Shown: positions 40,103 through 56,175, counted from the stretch's first letter. The stretch: 64,000 nucleotides of DNA from Octopus vulgaris (GCA_951406725.2 OX597828.1:9982001-10046000), one strand, 5' to 3'. The notes: generated by a model from the letters alone, not told the origin. Numbers and translations: made by a program.

Positions 40103-41191
40103 TATTTATTTACACAAGGACCATTAAATATGTCATAAATTTAAAACACAGACTACATTTTAAAATAAAATCGTTAGCAGAATAAAGAGATTTCAAACTA
40201 ATATGTTTTACTATACATTCAAAAGCTTTCTGTATCTCTAAGAATTACTTTCAAGTCTTTGTAAAGAGATTTTGTAGCTTCATACGATGTCTAAGTTTTC
40301 CGAATTTGTCAGCTCAAAAATTCAAAAAGCAGTACGCATTCCCCATTTCTCAGTCTCTCATGTGTCACCCTGAAGCACATTCAGGATAATGCTTCCAATT
40401 CCCGAAGTTGTTTCAATGTTTATGTATACAGCATTTTTCTTTTCGAAGCGAATCGCACTTTTTACAAATTATGGCAATCACGTACATACTCGCGCGCGCC
40501 CACAGATGCTCACACTTTCTCTCTTTCTCCCTCCCTCCTTCTCTCCCTCTCTCCCGCACATTCTCTCTCCCTTCCTCTAATGATTTTCATTTGAGTACCA
40601 TGTTAAAACTTTCAGACATTCTGAATGGCATTCAATGATATTTTACTCATAGATATTGAAACATTCACTGTGTGTCCCTTCTCTTACATCGTAGGTCAAC
40701 CTCATAACAATCCTAATCTGCAACAGCAATCTCATTGTTGTCAGCGGATCAAAAAAGTAAGTGACCTATCCTGCACTTGACCAGTGTGATCAGTGAGTGG
40801 CAAATGTTCTTAGGATATATATATATTTCAATGCAAAATTTTTGAGCAGTTGTTTATATATAATTTGTAGTATTTCAAGATGAAATGAGTTAACAATCGA
40901 TATTGGTCTTTGTGCTGTGGGCAATTTCCTATTCAACATTTATCAAACCCATTCTCAGAGACACATTCAGAATTAACTGCTATCGATATGGTCACGTTTT
41001 TGACGATATTACGCTTCATTTCGAAAACGAGAGATAACACCATTAAGCTAATATTCATTCACTCGTGCTTGAACGAAAGATTCTCCTTTATTGCTCAATA
41101 AATTGAAACGCAGCTCAAGTGATCTCTCAGACTAGAATCAAATTATATATATATGTATGTGTATGTGTGAATGTTTGTGTGTATAAATTCT

Positions 41192-41252
<61 letters not shown>

Positions 41253-42424
41253 GCATATATATATGCATGAGTATATATATATGTATATATATATGTATAT
41301 ATATATGTATGTACATATATATGTTTATACATATGTATATATATATGTGTGTGTTTGTGTGTGCGTGCGCGTGTGTGTACATTTTTCTGCTACCAAATAG
41401 CATATCGTATTATATTATAAAACCAAAATATAATAAAAAGAATCTAGAATTGACATAGTTATGCTCCAAAATATATTCATCGGACTGACAACTAGAATTA
41501 ATTCCGATATCAGTTAACAATGTTTTAAATTTATCATCGGGATATATTTCCAGAATATATGGCGCCATACATTTTAAAATAAACCTTTCCGTCGTAAATT
41601 ATGATCTTGCACTTATAATTATGAACTGTTATTAATTAATTTGGCCTTTTACACCGAAGGGAAGTTCGTGCTTTTCAATTTAATATATCGTCTAAAGATT
41701 AGTGGGCCATCTGTGATATCATTTAGTTCAATATTGTAGATTTCTATTCAAACGATAGACAATGGTCTTTACTTTAGCTATCTTGTATATTATATAGTTT
41801 AAATAATTATTATTGTATTAAAGGTCTGCATACATATGTCATAGTCCAACTATGAATTTATAGTGTTGAAGAATCACGTAAGAGTCTGAAAATCTTTTGT
41901 ATTTCCGAATGCCATGCACTCTGTCATATTTAATCACGTAACAAAATATATATATTTATTATTCGTAAAGTTTTTAGCACAGTTCAGCAAGAAATTTTGC
42001 GTGTTCATATAACATAAGGGAATAATACTTGTCAGCTATATTGCATTCTTTTATTCTTTTATCGATGGAGATCATTGCATAGCAGCTATCTTGGGGCACA
42101 AGCTTGTATCATACTAGAACAGAATAAGTAACCGTGTTATTTCTTTTAATTTGGAATATTTTATAGACGTGTATTAATTGCAAGCCTAATATATATTTGT
42201 AATAGACTGAGGCGCATTTCAAAAAGCCTAACAACTTACCCAACGATAGACACGTATAAAATAATGCTGAAATTCGTGCTATATAATATAGTTCTATATT
42301 TACGAGATGAGAAATTATGTACATTATTTACATTATATACGGGCATATGGCTTAGTGTTTAAGAGCGCGGGCTACTATCCCCAAGATTCCGAGATTGATT
42401 CAAGGTAGTGACCTGAATAATAAT

Positions 42425-42498
<74 letters not shown>

Positions 42499-42694
42499 TA
42501 GAGAAATAAATAGAAGAGTGCCATGGTTTTGTGAAATTAGTTGAACGATATTTCGGCATCTAGCGTGTCTTACACAAGTTCAGAAATTACATGTCGGTCT
42601 ACTTCATTTGTTTGTTTAGTTATGATTATATTGGACTGAGGTAACTCCTCCAGAAATGATATAGGAAAGAGAACCCAGGTTTGAAATTTCCCCA

Positions 42695-42741
42695 ACACAC
42701 CTGATGAAGGCTGGAAGGTATATCAACCGAAAAGTTGTTTT
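42695..42741 (+). ncRNA. Minimal hammerhead-ribozyme-like motif in a short tail element (~42630-42800)
   Basis: acac-CTGATGA-a-ggctg gaaggtatat caacc-GAAA-ag-TT-gttt: intact core, one mismatch each in stems I and II; followed by a (tgtaaataa)2 tail. Confidence 0.6.
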
Positions 42742-45449
42742 AACAACAAACGAGATGAGGACAAATATCTGTCAACTGTAAATAATGTAAATAATGTGTG
42801 TACTACATATTTTTACTTATAACAGAAAATTTCCTTGGGTATTTTAGTACCTAAAATGCACACAAATTTTCTGTATTCTCTATAAGTTTAAAGGTAGATG
42901 AAGAAAGTATATTATAATTTCATTGTTTGGGGATTTATTCTTGGAAACGTTACATTTTTCTTTTTAATCTGAAAATTACTGCTGATATATGTTCCGTAAT
43001 CTATTGGACGGAAATAATAGAGTTTCAGGTGTATATCTTCTTCAAATTAAAAAAAAATAGCAGTAGTTTAGAGAAGAATTCAGGTCTAGTGAGCGATTTA
43101 TCTACAAATTTCTGGGTTATTTTAGTAATATTGAATTACTTTGACTTCCAAAATACTATTGTTGCATCACTACTGTCGGGAGGAATAGTTTCTTTCAGAT
43201 GCATACGAGTGGAAAATATCAAGAATTATCAGGTCTTCTTGCTTGTCAGTATACGCTGGATATGCTGTCAGTTTGTTCATTTTCTTTCACAAACGTTTTT
43301 ATAGCATTTCATGATTGGGTACGACCCCTTGACATGCTTCCATCAGATTATCTAAACAGCCATTGAGAATTTGAGACGTTTCTTCGACCGTTTCTGGAAT
43401 TTTATTTTTGCAATAAATATTTCTGTTTCCACTTGAGATACGTCGGCAGCATGTGCGCGGCCGTTGATATATTAGGCTGTTTTTCGAGTTTTTTGCATGG
43501 ATTCCCGCTGTGCATTGCCTCTCTTTTCCAAACTTCTAAAACATATGTGATCTGAGAGGCTCATACATTCTCGAAAAATATATATCCATCACTAAAATAT
43601 TTACCGTTTTCCATGGTGTGATGGAATCATTACAAAATGGGTTTGAAACGAGATATAAATAAGTAGTTAACAGTACACATTCTCAGATCGAATGCCTTGT
43701 TGACACCTTCATCACCAATATTAGTATTTAGTCTGTGCATATCTGCACACACACACACACACACACATACATACACACACACAAACACACACACACATGT
43801 ATATGGGTTAGTATGAATGTATATACATATATACACGTCTTTTAAAATTGTATATATACACACACATATGCACTCACATGCGTATCTATACACACACATG
43901 CACATAGAATGACACGCGTGAATTCATCGGGTTTAAATATTGTTAAATATGTTTTCGTTTTACCGTCTCCAAGATACATTCGTTTTAAGTATATTCTCTG
44001 CAAATACTGTCACTCATTGTGCTATGTTCTCAATATCTCAATTTACGTCTTGTGTTTATATTATTTGTCATATTTGTAGTTGAAATTATACTTCTCTAAA
44101 TAAAAAGTAGCTATAGTGGGAATTTGGTGGCTGTAAGCGGGCTTGCCAGTAATAGGCCCCGACGAATTGAACTACGACTTGTACGCATTGACGAAATTGG
44201 CAAGCTCTCGGCAGCAGCAGACTGTTGACCATTTCTCACGAATGTCCCTGGAGACATTACAGCCACCGCTTCTACGTCAAATTCCTCTACACGAGATTCT
44301 TGGAATTGCTTAATAAGAACTCACCAGTATTCTGCCATCTATCGACTTTTAAAGATGTTGATGTACTCCTTCTAATTTGTATTGTATTCTTCCACAAATA
44401 ATTATTTAACTTTCAGAGAAAAATGAATTGGTGATGTGTATTATTAGTGCTGTTTTCCTTCAATTTTTGCTGTTTTAATTTATTTTGATCTACTGCATTT
44501 CTTGAACAAGTTGGTGTTTCTACTGTTGTGACTTTGCGGTTTAATTGTATCATTGTTCATACTATTCGTGTTTCTTTAGTGTCTGCGAAATGAATACCCA
44601 GGCTACGGGCGTTCCGACATCCTATGTAACTTAGTTTTTCTTTAGTATTTAAATTCTTCTCTCTTCTGACTATCATTATCTACCCAATCCAGTTTTTTTT
44701 TTTCTCCCATTGATCGTATCTTAACATAAATTTCGACAGAGAGAACTTTGAAAAAGATGAGTGAAAAAGCTACTTCATGCTTGTGAATACGTGCCTCTTG
44801 GCATGATGATGCTCTTTGGGAAAAACATTCATTTGCTGTCCACATCTCTAAACCATTTTCTAATACATCGGATTTTGTTTAAGTGCCTGCAGCTGGTCTT
44901 CTAAATACTCTTAAAACTACTACTGTTGATAGACATTTTGTTGCTGTTGTTTTATAGCTGTTACTGCTATCGTTTTTCGTTGTTGTATCTGCGTGTATGC
45001 ACGAAAATACTTCTCTTACCAAGATTATCAAATGCAAATGAGACTGTAAATAATGGTTCATCCACCAAAAAGTATCACAGTAGGATAGAGAAATAAAATG
45101 TAAGTATTAATTAATGAATTAATGGCGGTTATCGAGCAAGCAAACAATGAAAATTTTGCAACATGCGAAAGAATATAATATATCGAGTATACCTCGTGGG
45201 TATATTCACTATTTTATTGAGTTCGTATGTTGGCTTAACTAGTGATGCATACACTCACGTGTGTGCATCTATTCACATAGTTATCTGAGATAGAATAGTT
45301 TTGGAATGTCTTACAAATCGTCACTGTGCAACTGATAGATAGGGTTTGGAGAATCCTCGTCAGTTTCTTTTGCTATTCCTTAGAAAAACTGAGTATTCCT
45401 TAGATTTTATTCAAATTTGTATGTTTGCATTATTGAGATATGTCGAATC

Positions 45450-45512
<63 letters not shown>

Positions 45513-45514
<2 letters not shown>

Positions 45515-45829
45515 AGTACTCCGTCGGTTATGACGACGAGGGGCCCAGCTGACACGATCAACAAAACAGCTTGCTCGTGAAATTAACGTGCAAGTGATTG
45601 AGCAATCCACAGACACATTTACCTCTAACATAGTTCTCAGGGAGATTCAGCGTGACACAGAGTGTGACAAGGTTGGCCCTTTGAAATGCAGGTACAACTC
45701 AGCTGGGTGGACTGGAGCATCGTGAAATAAAGTGTCTTGCTCAAGGACGCAACGCGTCGCCGGGAATTGAACTCGCGACCTTACAATCGTGAGCCGAATG
45801 CCGTAGCCACTAAGCCACGCGCCTTCACC
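45513..45829 (-). mobile_element. tRNA-derived SINE with CORE-like middle and family C tail
   Basis: Reverse complement reads tggcttagtgg (A box), gagttcaattcc (B box), gtccttgagcaagacacttta (CORE-like), then the same tail as 63545-63727. Confidence 0.88.
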
Positions 45830-47776
45830 CGTATATATATATATATAAGCACAAGCACGGCAGTCAGTTTAGGACGCTCGCTTTTACACTCACGGTATTT
45901 CCAGTTCCGTTACGTTACATATCTTATTACGCGTATGAATTCTGCTATGGTCTTGGGTTCAACACTGCTTATCGAAGGAATTTTGTACGCGGATACTGAG
46001 AAAGCCCAAAAGATAAGGCATTTAAGTGAGCATGTGGAAATGAATTAAGCAATAAATAATAGTGTGAGTACTTTGGGTCTATACCAACTTGGATAGAGAA
46101 AAGATGAAATGTAATGGTGTGACTTTTTCCTCCCTAGCATCCTTTGCAACCATGAGATTTGTGCTAGCAACCAAACCAAAGCATCCTTTGTTCGGTCTTC
46201 CATCTACTTTGATATTTTAATGTCACAACCTGAAAACTATGAGTAAATTTTTAATACAAATGAAGATGCGTTGAAAATTATATATCATTATATGGTTGTG
46301 TACCGGTTGGAAGAAAATAAAGTGACTAAAATTACATTGATTTAATGTGTTGACAAATTCTTATACTTTAAAAGAAAATAATGCTCAAAAGTGAAACGAA
46401 GAATGCAAACGTGAAACTACTGCGAGTATGACTAATGTGCTACCGACTGTTACAAACAAAGCGGCGGGGATTCTGCCCTGATATTTATTCTCACCATCGA
46501 AAATATGAGTATGCTTACATTTAAAAGATGAGGAGGAGGCACCGAGAACTATATGATCTCATATATGACTTTTTATTTCTTAGCAATCCAGATATTATTA
46601 AAGTTTTGAATTTTAAAATTACAGTTATTTTACTTATTTGAAAATTATAGCAAATCACTAACGAAAATAAGTTTCCATTTGTTGGTGAATATAGTTTAAA
46701 CTGAAATTCATAATACTCGTTCTCAATCTTAGATTGTATATAAGTATTTAAAAAAAAATAAACGATAAACAATAGAAGAAGCAGTGAAAGAACCAAGCGA
46801 TTGGAAGACAGAGGCTGCAATTCTCTAAAAGGAAGAGAGTGTCAGCAAGACACATAAAAATTGTTTAGAACAATAGATAAAAAGTGAGATAAGAAAATAA
46901 ATTAAAACGAAAAAAATAAACGAAATGAAAAGGAACTTTTAAAAAAAATATTATCGCAGTGTAGAGACAACGAAAGGCAAAAAATCGTAAGATGTAAACG
47001 AAAGAAACTAAGGGAAAATTTGGAAAGAATGAAGAGGAAGAGGAAAGAAGATATCGTCAAACTTTTCAATAATCTGCAAAGACAAAAAATAAAAACGGAT
47101 GTATTTTGAACTTACCAACTGAGGGAAGGAAGGAGAGAAAGGAGAAGAAAAGTGTCATACACAGCTATTTACGACCGTGTGAGTGGGTGCGTGTTACATA
47201 ATATCATATTATTAAAATACCACTTATCGTTAGCCTTCCAAGTATAACTTAATCTCATTTAAAACTTGAAAACATATCTGTGAAATTTTATTATATTTAA
47301 AACATATGCGTCAAGAGAAATAGGTGTACGATTAATAACACACAACTTGTCAATTACCAATTTATATTTCCACCAAAACTTTTCATACGTTTTATATTCT
47401 TGAATACATATTTATGATATAATTAATTTTACATTATGTAAAGTTCTTAATGTTCTTGCAAACAAAATTATTTTTGTTTAAAATGTTTACCGTATATTTA
47501 TGCAGAATTATAAAAGGCATCAGCTGAACAGGGTAATGTTCCAGCGGTGAATACACGCTCAAATACTCGGCTATATACGCACAAAACAATTTCCTGAGCA
47601 TACACCGACATGGTCATATGTGTACGACCGTGCGCGCGCACGCGTCTGTGAAGTATACACTGAAGACCTCAACTGCTCACTTCCACCAACGGCATTTTCT
47701 CAGGTTCTGATGTTATGTATGCTTAGATTGTTTAGAGTTGGGGCTTGAATTTCTCAAAATAGGGTTATTAGTACAA

Positions 47777-48355
<579 letters not shown>

Positions 48356-48499
48356 GAGAGGGAGAGTGAGAACAGAGTAAACCATAGTAGAGTATGCCAG
48401 TTTGTCCACCTTTGATATATAAGTGAAATACATATTTTTAATCGTTTTGAAATAGTTATCAATACACGATGAGTTCCAAATTCTGTGTTTTTAGAAATA

Positions 48500-49318
48500 C
48501 TGGTTTCAAATTTGGGCGCAAAACCAGTAGGTTCGGGTAGAGGATATACGTCGATACTATCGACCCCAGTATTCAACTGGTACTTATTTTATCTCAAAAG
48601 ATGAAATGAAAAGTCGACGTGCGTGAAATTTGAACCCCGAACGCAAAGACGGGCGAAATGCCACTAAGCATTTTACTTAGCATACTAATGTTTCTATCTG
48701 TTCACCGCCTTATGTTTCTAGAAATATCAACACAAGATATTAATTTTCCCATAATTCAAACAGTATTTTCATTATTGATCGACAATATTTTGAAAATTAA
48801 TCCATGCATTAATATCGTAATATAAAATAAATATATAAAACTCTATTGGCTAATGTCCTCTGTTGATAGAGTAAATCTTTGGTGACAGTCAGCCTATTCT
48901 TATTTTTTTATTGCTCACAAAGGGCTAAACATAGAGGGGAAACACAAGGATGGACAAAAGGATTAAATCAATTACATCGACCCCAGTGCGTAACTGGTAC
49001 TTAATTTATCGACCTCGAAAGGACGAAAGGCATTGTCGGCCTCGGCGGAATTTGAACTGAGAACGTAACGACAGACGAAATACCTATTTCTTTACTACCC
49101 ACAAGGGGCGAAACACAGAGGGGACAAACAAGGACAGACAAACGGATTAAGTCGATTACATCAACCACAGCGCGTAACTGGTATTTAATTTATCGATCCC
49201 AACAGAATGAAAGTCAAAGTCGACCTCGGCGGAATTTGAACTCAGAACGTAGCGGCAGACGAAATACCGCTAAGCATTTCGCCCGGCGTGCTAACGATTC
49301 TGCTAACTCACCGCCTTC
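48500..49318 (-). mobile_element. Family B SINE cluster: 48500-48712 and a head+body+body element at 48895-49318
   Basis: Three copies of the reverse-complemented core (gaaatttgaac/ggaatttgaac, aactggta). Confidence 0.9.
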
Positions 49319-49519
49319 ATTAAATATTGTCTTTCTCGTGAATTGCTGGAGACAAGTTACACTATATTCAATAAAATAAAAATTGTCGGAACAAGCCACG
49401 ACTGGAAAGAATTTGATCATAGAACATCTCAATAAGATCTGACGTAGGTAATGAGAATCAATGAATCAAAATAATTGGATACAAAAGAGATGTATTTTAA
49501 ACGATAAAGTAAAGTTTCT

Positions 49520-50145
49520 GGCATACTCGAATGAGTAAGGGAATACCCTCAAATTTTAAGGCTTTTAATATCTCAGTCCAAATCCCATCCTCCCCATCGG
49601 CCTTCATACGTTTGAGCGCTTTAATTACTTCTATGACTTCACCGTTTGTGAGGTTAGCATTCACACGCAGATGCGTCTCGTTTTCGCCAGAAGATTTGAT
49701 TGTGAATTTTAGTGATCAACAAATATCTCACGGGTTTGTATTCGTGAGTTCTGGAAAACAGGGGAAATAACTGAGTGTTAGAATTGCAGATGCTGGGAGA
49801 GTGATGTACCAGCATCTGCTTTCGAACTCAAACTCACTATACTTCAGTTTGTTTCTCGTGCATATCACAGTCTATAGTCACGAACGTTGGGTGATGTTGA
49901 AAACAATCTGGTCGCAGATTCAAACGTCTGAAAGAGATTGCCTCCGCACTATCACTTCATTAAAGTTACTCTAAAGTCGGCGAAGCTCAGGAACGAGGAA
50001 GGTTCTCTTGGTCAAGTGATTGGCAGGACACACGTCCGGAACAACGGACTTGTTGCCAGAAAATATCGCATTATTCTTCCAGCTGTGGCAGCCTGATGGA
50101 TGTCTTATGGTATACCAAGAGCAAGATGATTGAATAATATCCTAT
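49520..50145. mobile_element. RTE LINE remnant with inverted 5' part (49520-49790 minus, 49800-50145 plus)
   Basis: Minus: EVIEVIKALKRMKADGEDGIWTEILKALKFEGIPLLIRVCQ (pre-RT region). Plus: YSHERWVMLKTIWSQIQTSERDCLRTI (RTE post-RT region). Confidence 0.7.
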
Positions 50146-51757
50146 TGTCCCAGTAGGACTCACCGAAAAGTATAATGTTGGTTAATTCTCACAGGATACA
50201 TGTAGGATATGTCTGAGGAATCTAACCACCAGACACTCCCAGAAATAGTTGTTAGAAAATATGGATAATAGGATGGAGGCAAATACAATACAAGATTTTT
50301 GCTTCATTTTTGGTGAACACCGAACCGTCTTTACGTCACAGGAACTGCAAATTAATGTAAAGCTGTGAAAGTAACATATTCCTATGTCACTTATCCTGAC
50401 ATAAAGTAATTTTACGCAATGAAAAGGAACCAATAACCGTATAAAAAGAAACGATTGGATTGCCTTCAACTGACAACCTTTGAATTAATGGTGAATCTCA
50501 ATCAATGATACAGGATTATGTTTATACTGTTCTCTCTGTATCATCTTCTATGGGTGTCGGAAATAATTACATTATACTTCTTTGCACAGAGTTGTATAAG
50601 AGATATGTTTTGTTGCATATTTTATATTCAATTACTACATGCCCATAAACATTTATACAAACATTCAGATGGATACAGATACATATATACATGCAAGTGT
50701 ACACATAGTTATGCAGTATATGCACACGCGTGCGCATGCACATACACGGACGCACGCACACATACACTCACATACACACATAAAAATAGTACAATTTTTG
50801 AATGTATGCACATATATTTGTATGTGACGGTATTCTAGTATTTGTGTGTATTTTTCTATATAGTTTTATTAGCGTCTTGAAGTAATTCAATTATGAATAC
50901 ATGCTGGTTGAAAAGTTATTCGTAGAATTAATATAGAAAGTTCCATTCCAACGAATTAATACGTAAGAAAAGAAAACGTTTTCTAGGATTATTTCACATT
51001 AATTTATATTGGTAATTACATGTTCTATCTTTGTTAGGACAGTGGATGTGTTGATGGGGCAGTGACGATGACATTTACGAAATTACTCAAGTATTTTCCC
51101 ATTGTTTTCTACAATTCCGACAATATTTGTGTTAGATATATGGCGCCAATAGAAGAGCAGAGATTGTGCAAGCAGAGTCGGTTAAAGACCCCACTCCTTT
51201 GCAAAGATTGATATGAACCGAATAAGAAATTACAGAATAATAAACATTTAAAAGAATAATCTCTTGACTTGAACAAAAATAAAATAATAATGTAATTTTC
51301 CCTGCTTTCAGTTTCTTCTTCTCTTTTATATACTTGGAATATCATCATCATCTTCATGAGGTCAATTTTGATTTTATTCTCTTCTAAACAGAAAGGAAAA
51401 TAGAAATTTGTACATAGCATGAATATAGAAGATGCGCGTAGATCAGGAAGGTTATATGCGTTGTAGATTAAACCTGGAATTCAGATGACACGTGTCAAAT
51501 AGTATTTAGATCAATATATCTGAGGAGAAGCGGGCAAAGGATTGAGAGACAATGGATTTCGATCGACATTTCAAAAGACTTGTGGATGACAGATTGCCAA
51601 ACAAATCTTATCAATGTGAATTGTTATAACTTCATTGTTAAATCTTCGTGGATATAAATACATGTAGACACATACTTGTGGACGAAATATGTATGCACGT
51701 ATACAAACATGTGTATGTCTGTTTCTGTGTATGTTTCTATACACACACACACTCACT

Positions 51758-51788
<31 letters not shown>

Positions 51789-52499
51789 TACATATTATGT
51801 ATATATATATATATATATATATAGCATATATATATGTGTATATATATATATATATATACATACATACATACATACATACATACATACATGACACGACTGT
51901 ATTCCATACCGTATGAACAACACATTTTTTCGTATTGAGTTATCAGTTTTTATGTTCAATTTTGAACAATACCGTTTCTAATATTAATGTTTAGGATCTT
52001 CACATGCAAATAATAAAATATGTAAATCAAATATTGATAACGATGTGTGCGCGCGAATATATCAACATATTGCATATATTTATACACACACACACACACA
52101 CTCATACATACACACACATAAAGGTGAAATCCAAGATTCAATGTGTCCGAAGTTAGGAAGCTTCGAGTAGTCCGCAGAAGGTATAAAATAAATAAACGAC
52201 AACTTTCAGAGTCGATAGTCGTTTATAGAATAAGAATGTTGTGAATTTTTCCCCTATCCAACGTCGATAAACTGATAAAAGTTATTTTATAGTTTACGCT
52301 TAGCAGCTGGGGTTGCTGTCCATGCGAATTAATATCCAAAATTAGGAAATGGAGTAAATAACTACCCCATTCTTTAATTTGGAATATAAGTGTGTGTATA
52401 AGTGTGCACGCGTGTGTGTGTGTCGTTGTGGGCATGTGTGCGTGTGATACATACATACATACATACATACGTACATACTACGTATATTCATTCATACAT

Positions 52500-53224
52500 A
52501 CAGGCATTGATCATGAAAGCAGTCTATCATGGATCAATAGCCGGATCTCTACCTACCGCTTTGAAAGGCATGCATTTGCAATCCACGAACAGGAAATATC
52601 AACCAAATCCCTGATGCACAAACGAGATAGAGGACCAGCAAAAGCAGAAAATGTGACAATCGATTCAGACTTTGTGGAGTTCACACTGAAGATATCACCC
52701 ACATCATAAGCAGTTGTCCGAAAATGTTATCACGATATTATCTACCGATGAGGCATGATGTTGCAGCTAAAACACTCTGCATATAATGAAATCCGTTGGA
52801 AGGATAACCCCGAGGACAAAGAAATAAGAACCCACAGTATGGTAGAAGCCATAGACACATATAACAAAAAGGAGTACTGATACAATGCAAGCACAACTTC
52901 CCTGATGCAATGATTTGGGATAGAGAAGAGAAATTCTGTACTGAAGAGGAGTGAAAAAGAGAATACACATGCTGGATTATTAGGAAATCATCAGTTATAT
53001 TATCCAGAGTATAAACCCAAGTTCGGGTTTATACCTGTAATTATTGGGGCGCTGTGATATGTAACGCACTGCTTAAACACCAATCTTGAAAAAGTAGGCT
53101 TCTTAAACCAGAACGTAGAAAGCTAATTCGAAGAATACAGATCCAATCCATCTGTGGGACTGAAAAATTTGCAAAAGTTTCCAGTAGTTTACCATTTAAA
53201 TACATGCATACATACATACATACA

Positions 53225-53260
<36 letters not shown>

Positions 53261-53458
53261 TATAAGCATGTATAGATGTGCAACTTTATGCATGAGGATA
53301 CGTACATAAAACAAAACATACAAATCTGCTTATATACATACACACAAAAACGTACCGTGTTGATGCTGGAATTCCAATGAAGGAGCCTTAGATTTAGGTT
53401 AGAAACCAGCTCTTTCTCTATTGTCAAAAATGTTGAAATAAAACGGAATAATGACATT
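52500..53458 (+). mobile_element. 5'-truncated R4/Dong-like non-LTR retrotransposon, decayed
   Basis: FAIHEQEISTK, RLCGVHTEDITHIISSCPKMLSRYYLPMRHDVAAK (CCHC + RH), CKHNFPDAMIWDREEKFC and FIPVIIGAL; flanked by (TACA)n. Confidence 0.88.
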
Positions 53459-54632
53459 CATACATACATAGATGTCCGTTATTAGTATTAGACAGAAAAT
53501 AATATCTAATAATCTTCCCAGAAATTAGACTACTTATAGATAAGAATTAATTTCTAAAAGTCAATAAAATGTTATTGAATTCCACTATGTTTACGAGGGA
53601 ATCTTTTTATTTGGGCATTTACTCCAAACTTAGAGACCTTTCAGTGTGACGTATTGAAGCATTCTTTATGCTGTCCTCTGCTTTATAGTCTTAATTAATT
53701 TTCTAGGCTCAGATTCTATGTCCCAAATTAACAAATTTCCTTTAGACATGAAGGTGGAGTTAAGGTAACCAATGTTGCAATACACATTTTAGTCATCTAA
53801 TGCATAGACCTTTCTGATACATAAGAATGTATTAAGAATAAAATGTAATTTGCTGAATGCGTATACTTAGACAAGGTGCTCATGGGCCCAGGATAATTTG
53901 AAATAAATGCAGAATATCGAATGTTGAACCATTAAAACAACTGCATACTGTTTATGTTAATCTACAGACTACCAGCGGGCTTATATGATGCTGCTTGATC
54001 TGCTAAAATTTGTATTAAAATTTCCGTCTAATCATATTCCACAACGTTACACACAGCCGTAAACATTAGATAATGAATAATTCATTCATACGTTTAAGTC
54101 ATATTGGAATCATGTAGAATGGATCTGATGATAACACTGACAAGTCAGACTTCATCACTGTCAAAGCAAAAATGTACAACTGGAGAATATATTAAAGTAC
54201 GATATTGAAATGCTATGTCTTATTGTGTATTAATTTTAATTGGAGAATTTGATTATAATGAATGAAAGTTACATTAATAAATACTTGAGTATTTTTATAA
54301 CAACATTTATGGCGATCTTCACCAACGTATATAGTTCTGCGTCAATGATATTCTACCTATCGGTTTTCTGTAGTAAATTAATGATGGGGCAGCTTACTCG
54401 GTTTATTTTTTTTTTTCAAATAGTAAGTCTTGAAGTTATCAGTGAATTTACCGAGCTATTTCCAAGTTATTTTCCTAGTTTTGTTATCTAAACTTGATTA
54501 ATATTGTTTACATATTTTGATTTTAGTATAAATGTATACGTTTCTTTACGAGCACACACTTATGGATGCAATCATACTACACACACTCATTACATATATC
54601 TACATAAATGCATACAGACTCACACACAAATA

Positions 54633-54635
<3 letters not shown>

Positions 54636-54690
<55 letters not shown>

Positions 54691-54696
54691 ATGTCC

Positions 54697-54768
<72 letters not shown>
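54636..54768. repeat. (TA)n then (ATT)n microsatellites
   Basis: Read directly from the sequence. Confidence 0.9.
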
Positions 54769-54769
<1 letters not shown>

Positions 54770-54909
54770 TCATTGTATTTTGTATTTATATTTGTTAACA
54801 TCGTCTGTTTTTCCGTCTTTGTTTTTTTTGCATCGTCGATTTGGATATTTTGTTCTCCCTTTTTCTATCACCTAGTTGTCCGGGAGTTTTGCGTTCTTGT
54901 CCCTTTTTG

Positions 54910-54957
<48 letters not shown>

Positions 54958-55675
54958 ATGTATAAGTATATGCCTGTATGTATATGTGAGAGAGTATGTT
55001 TTTGTGTGTCTTACGCGGAGAGTCTAATTGCTCTTTAGACACATTTATTAACTATATTCTTCTACTGTTGCTGCAGTAATTCTTTTTTTTTTCTCAGTTT
55101 ACTAACAACATTTTACGTATGATTGTCTACAGACTCTCTGGTCGTCGTAATAGCAATTACAGCCGTCAAACAGCATTCCACAGACATTTTTGTGTGTCAG
55201 TAATATTGGTGATATTTATATCTTACTCAGTTTCGCTTACTCTCTACCACCTTACATTGTGAAATTCGGCAAGCTGATCAGGTGCACGTGTCTAATATCA
55301 CGTAATGAAGCTGCGGACAGATCAAGTAAACTACAGGATTATTGATATTAATGGTGTTTTCCATTAATTTGTTTGGGTTGCTGGTGGGTGCTAGAATACA
55401 TTGTCTCAGGATTTCTTGTTGCAAAATGTTGCTATCTATAACAATAAATCACACACATATCCGTTCACAGAATCTGGCAAGTAAAAACCACACGTACAAA
55501 GACACGAATATTATGGTGTGATTATGTACTTAAGTGACGCTACAGTACGTATACATATATATATATATAAGTATGCATGCATACTTAGGGGAGAGAAAGA
55601 GAGAGAGGAGTAGAGAAAGGGAGAAAGAGTAAAATACATATACATATATATATATATGTGTATATATATATACAG

Positions 55676-55703
55676 TTAGATAGATAGTTAGATAGATAGA
55701 TAA

Positions 55704-55748
<45 letters not shown>

Positions 55749-55783
55749 CAGATAGATAGGTAGGTAGATAGATAGATATATAA

Positions 55784-55835
<52 letters not shown>

Positions 55836-55843
55836 GTAGATAT

Positions 55844-55933
<90 letters not shown>

Positions 55934-55949
55934 TGATAGATAGATAGAT

Positions 55950-56010
<61 letters not shown>

Positions 56011-56012
56011 TA
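55676..56012. repeat. Long (GATA)n microsatellite
   Basis: Read directly from the sequence. Confidence 0.95.
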
Positions 56013-56140
56013 GCTTTCATGAACAGCAATACCATTGCTGAAATGATAACGACAAAAGTCACACGCACTCAGATACACATATAAATACGTGTCTGTTTAG
56101 ATGCATTCATGCATTCATATACGTACATTACATCATTCAT

Positions 56141-56175
<35 letters not shown>

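Noticed and set aside
43250-45080. Complex-sequence patches with Tc1-like, gypsy-gag-like and unknown stop-riddled peptides
   Set aside because: Probably old TE debris, but no diagnostic motif could be fixed by eye.
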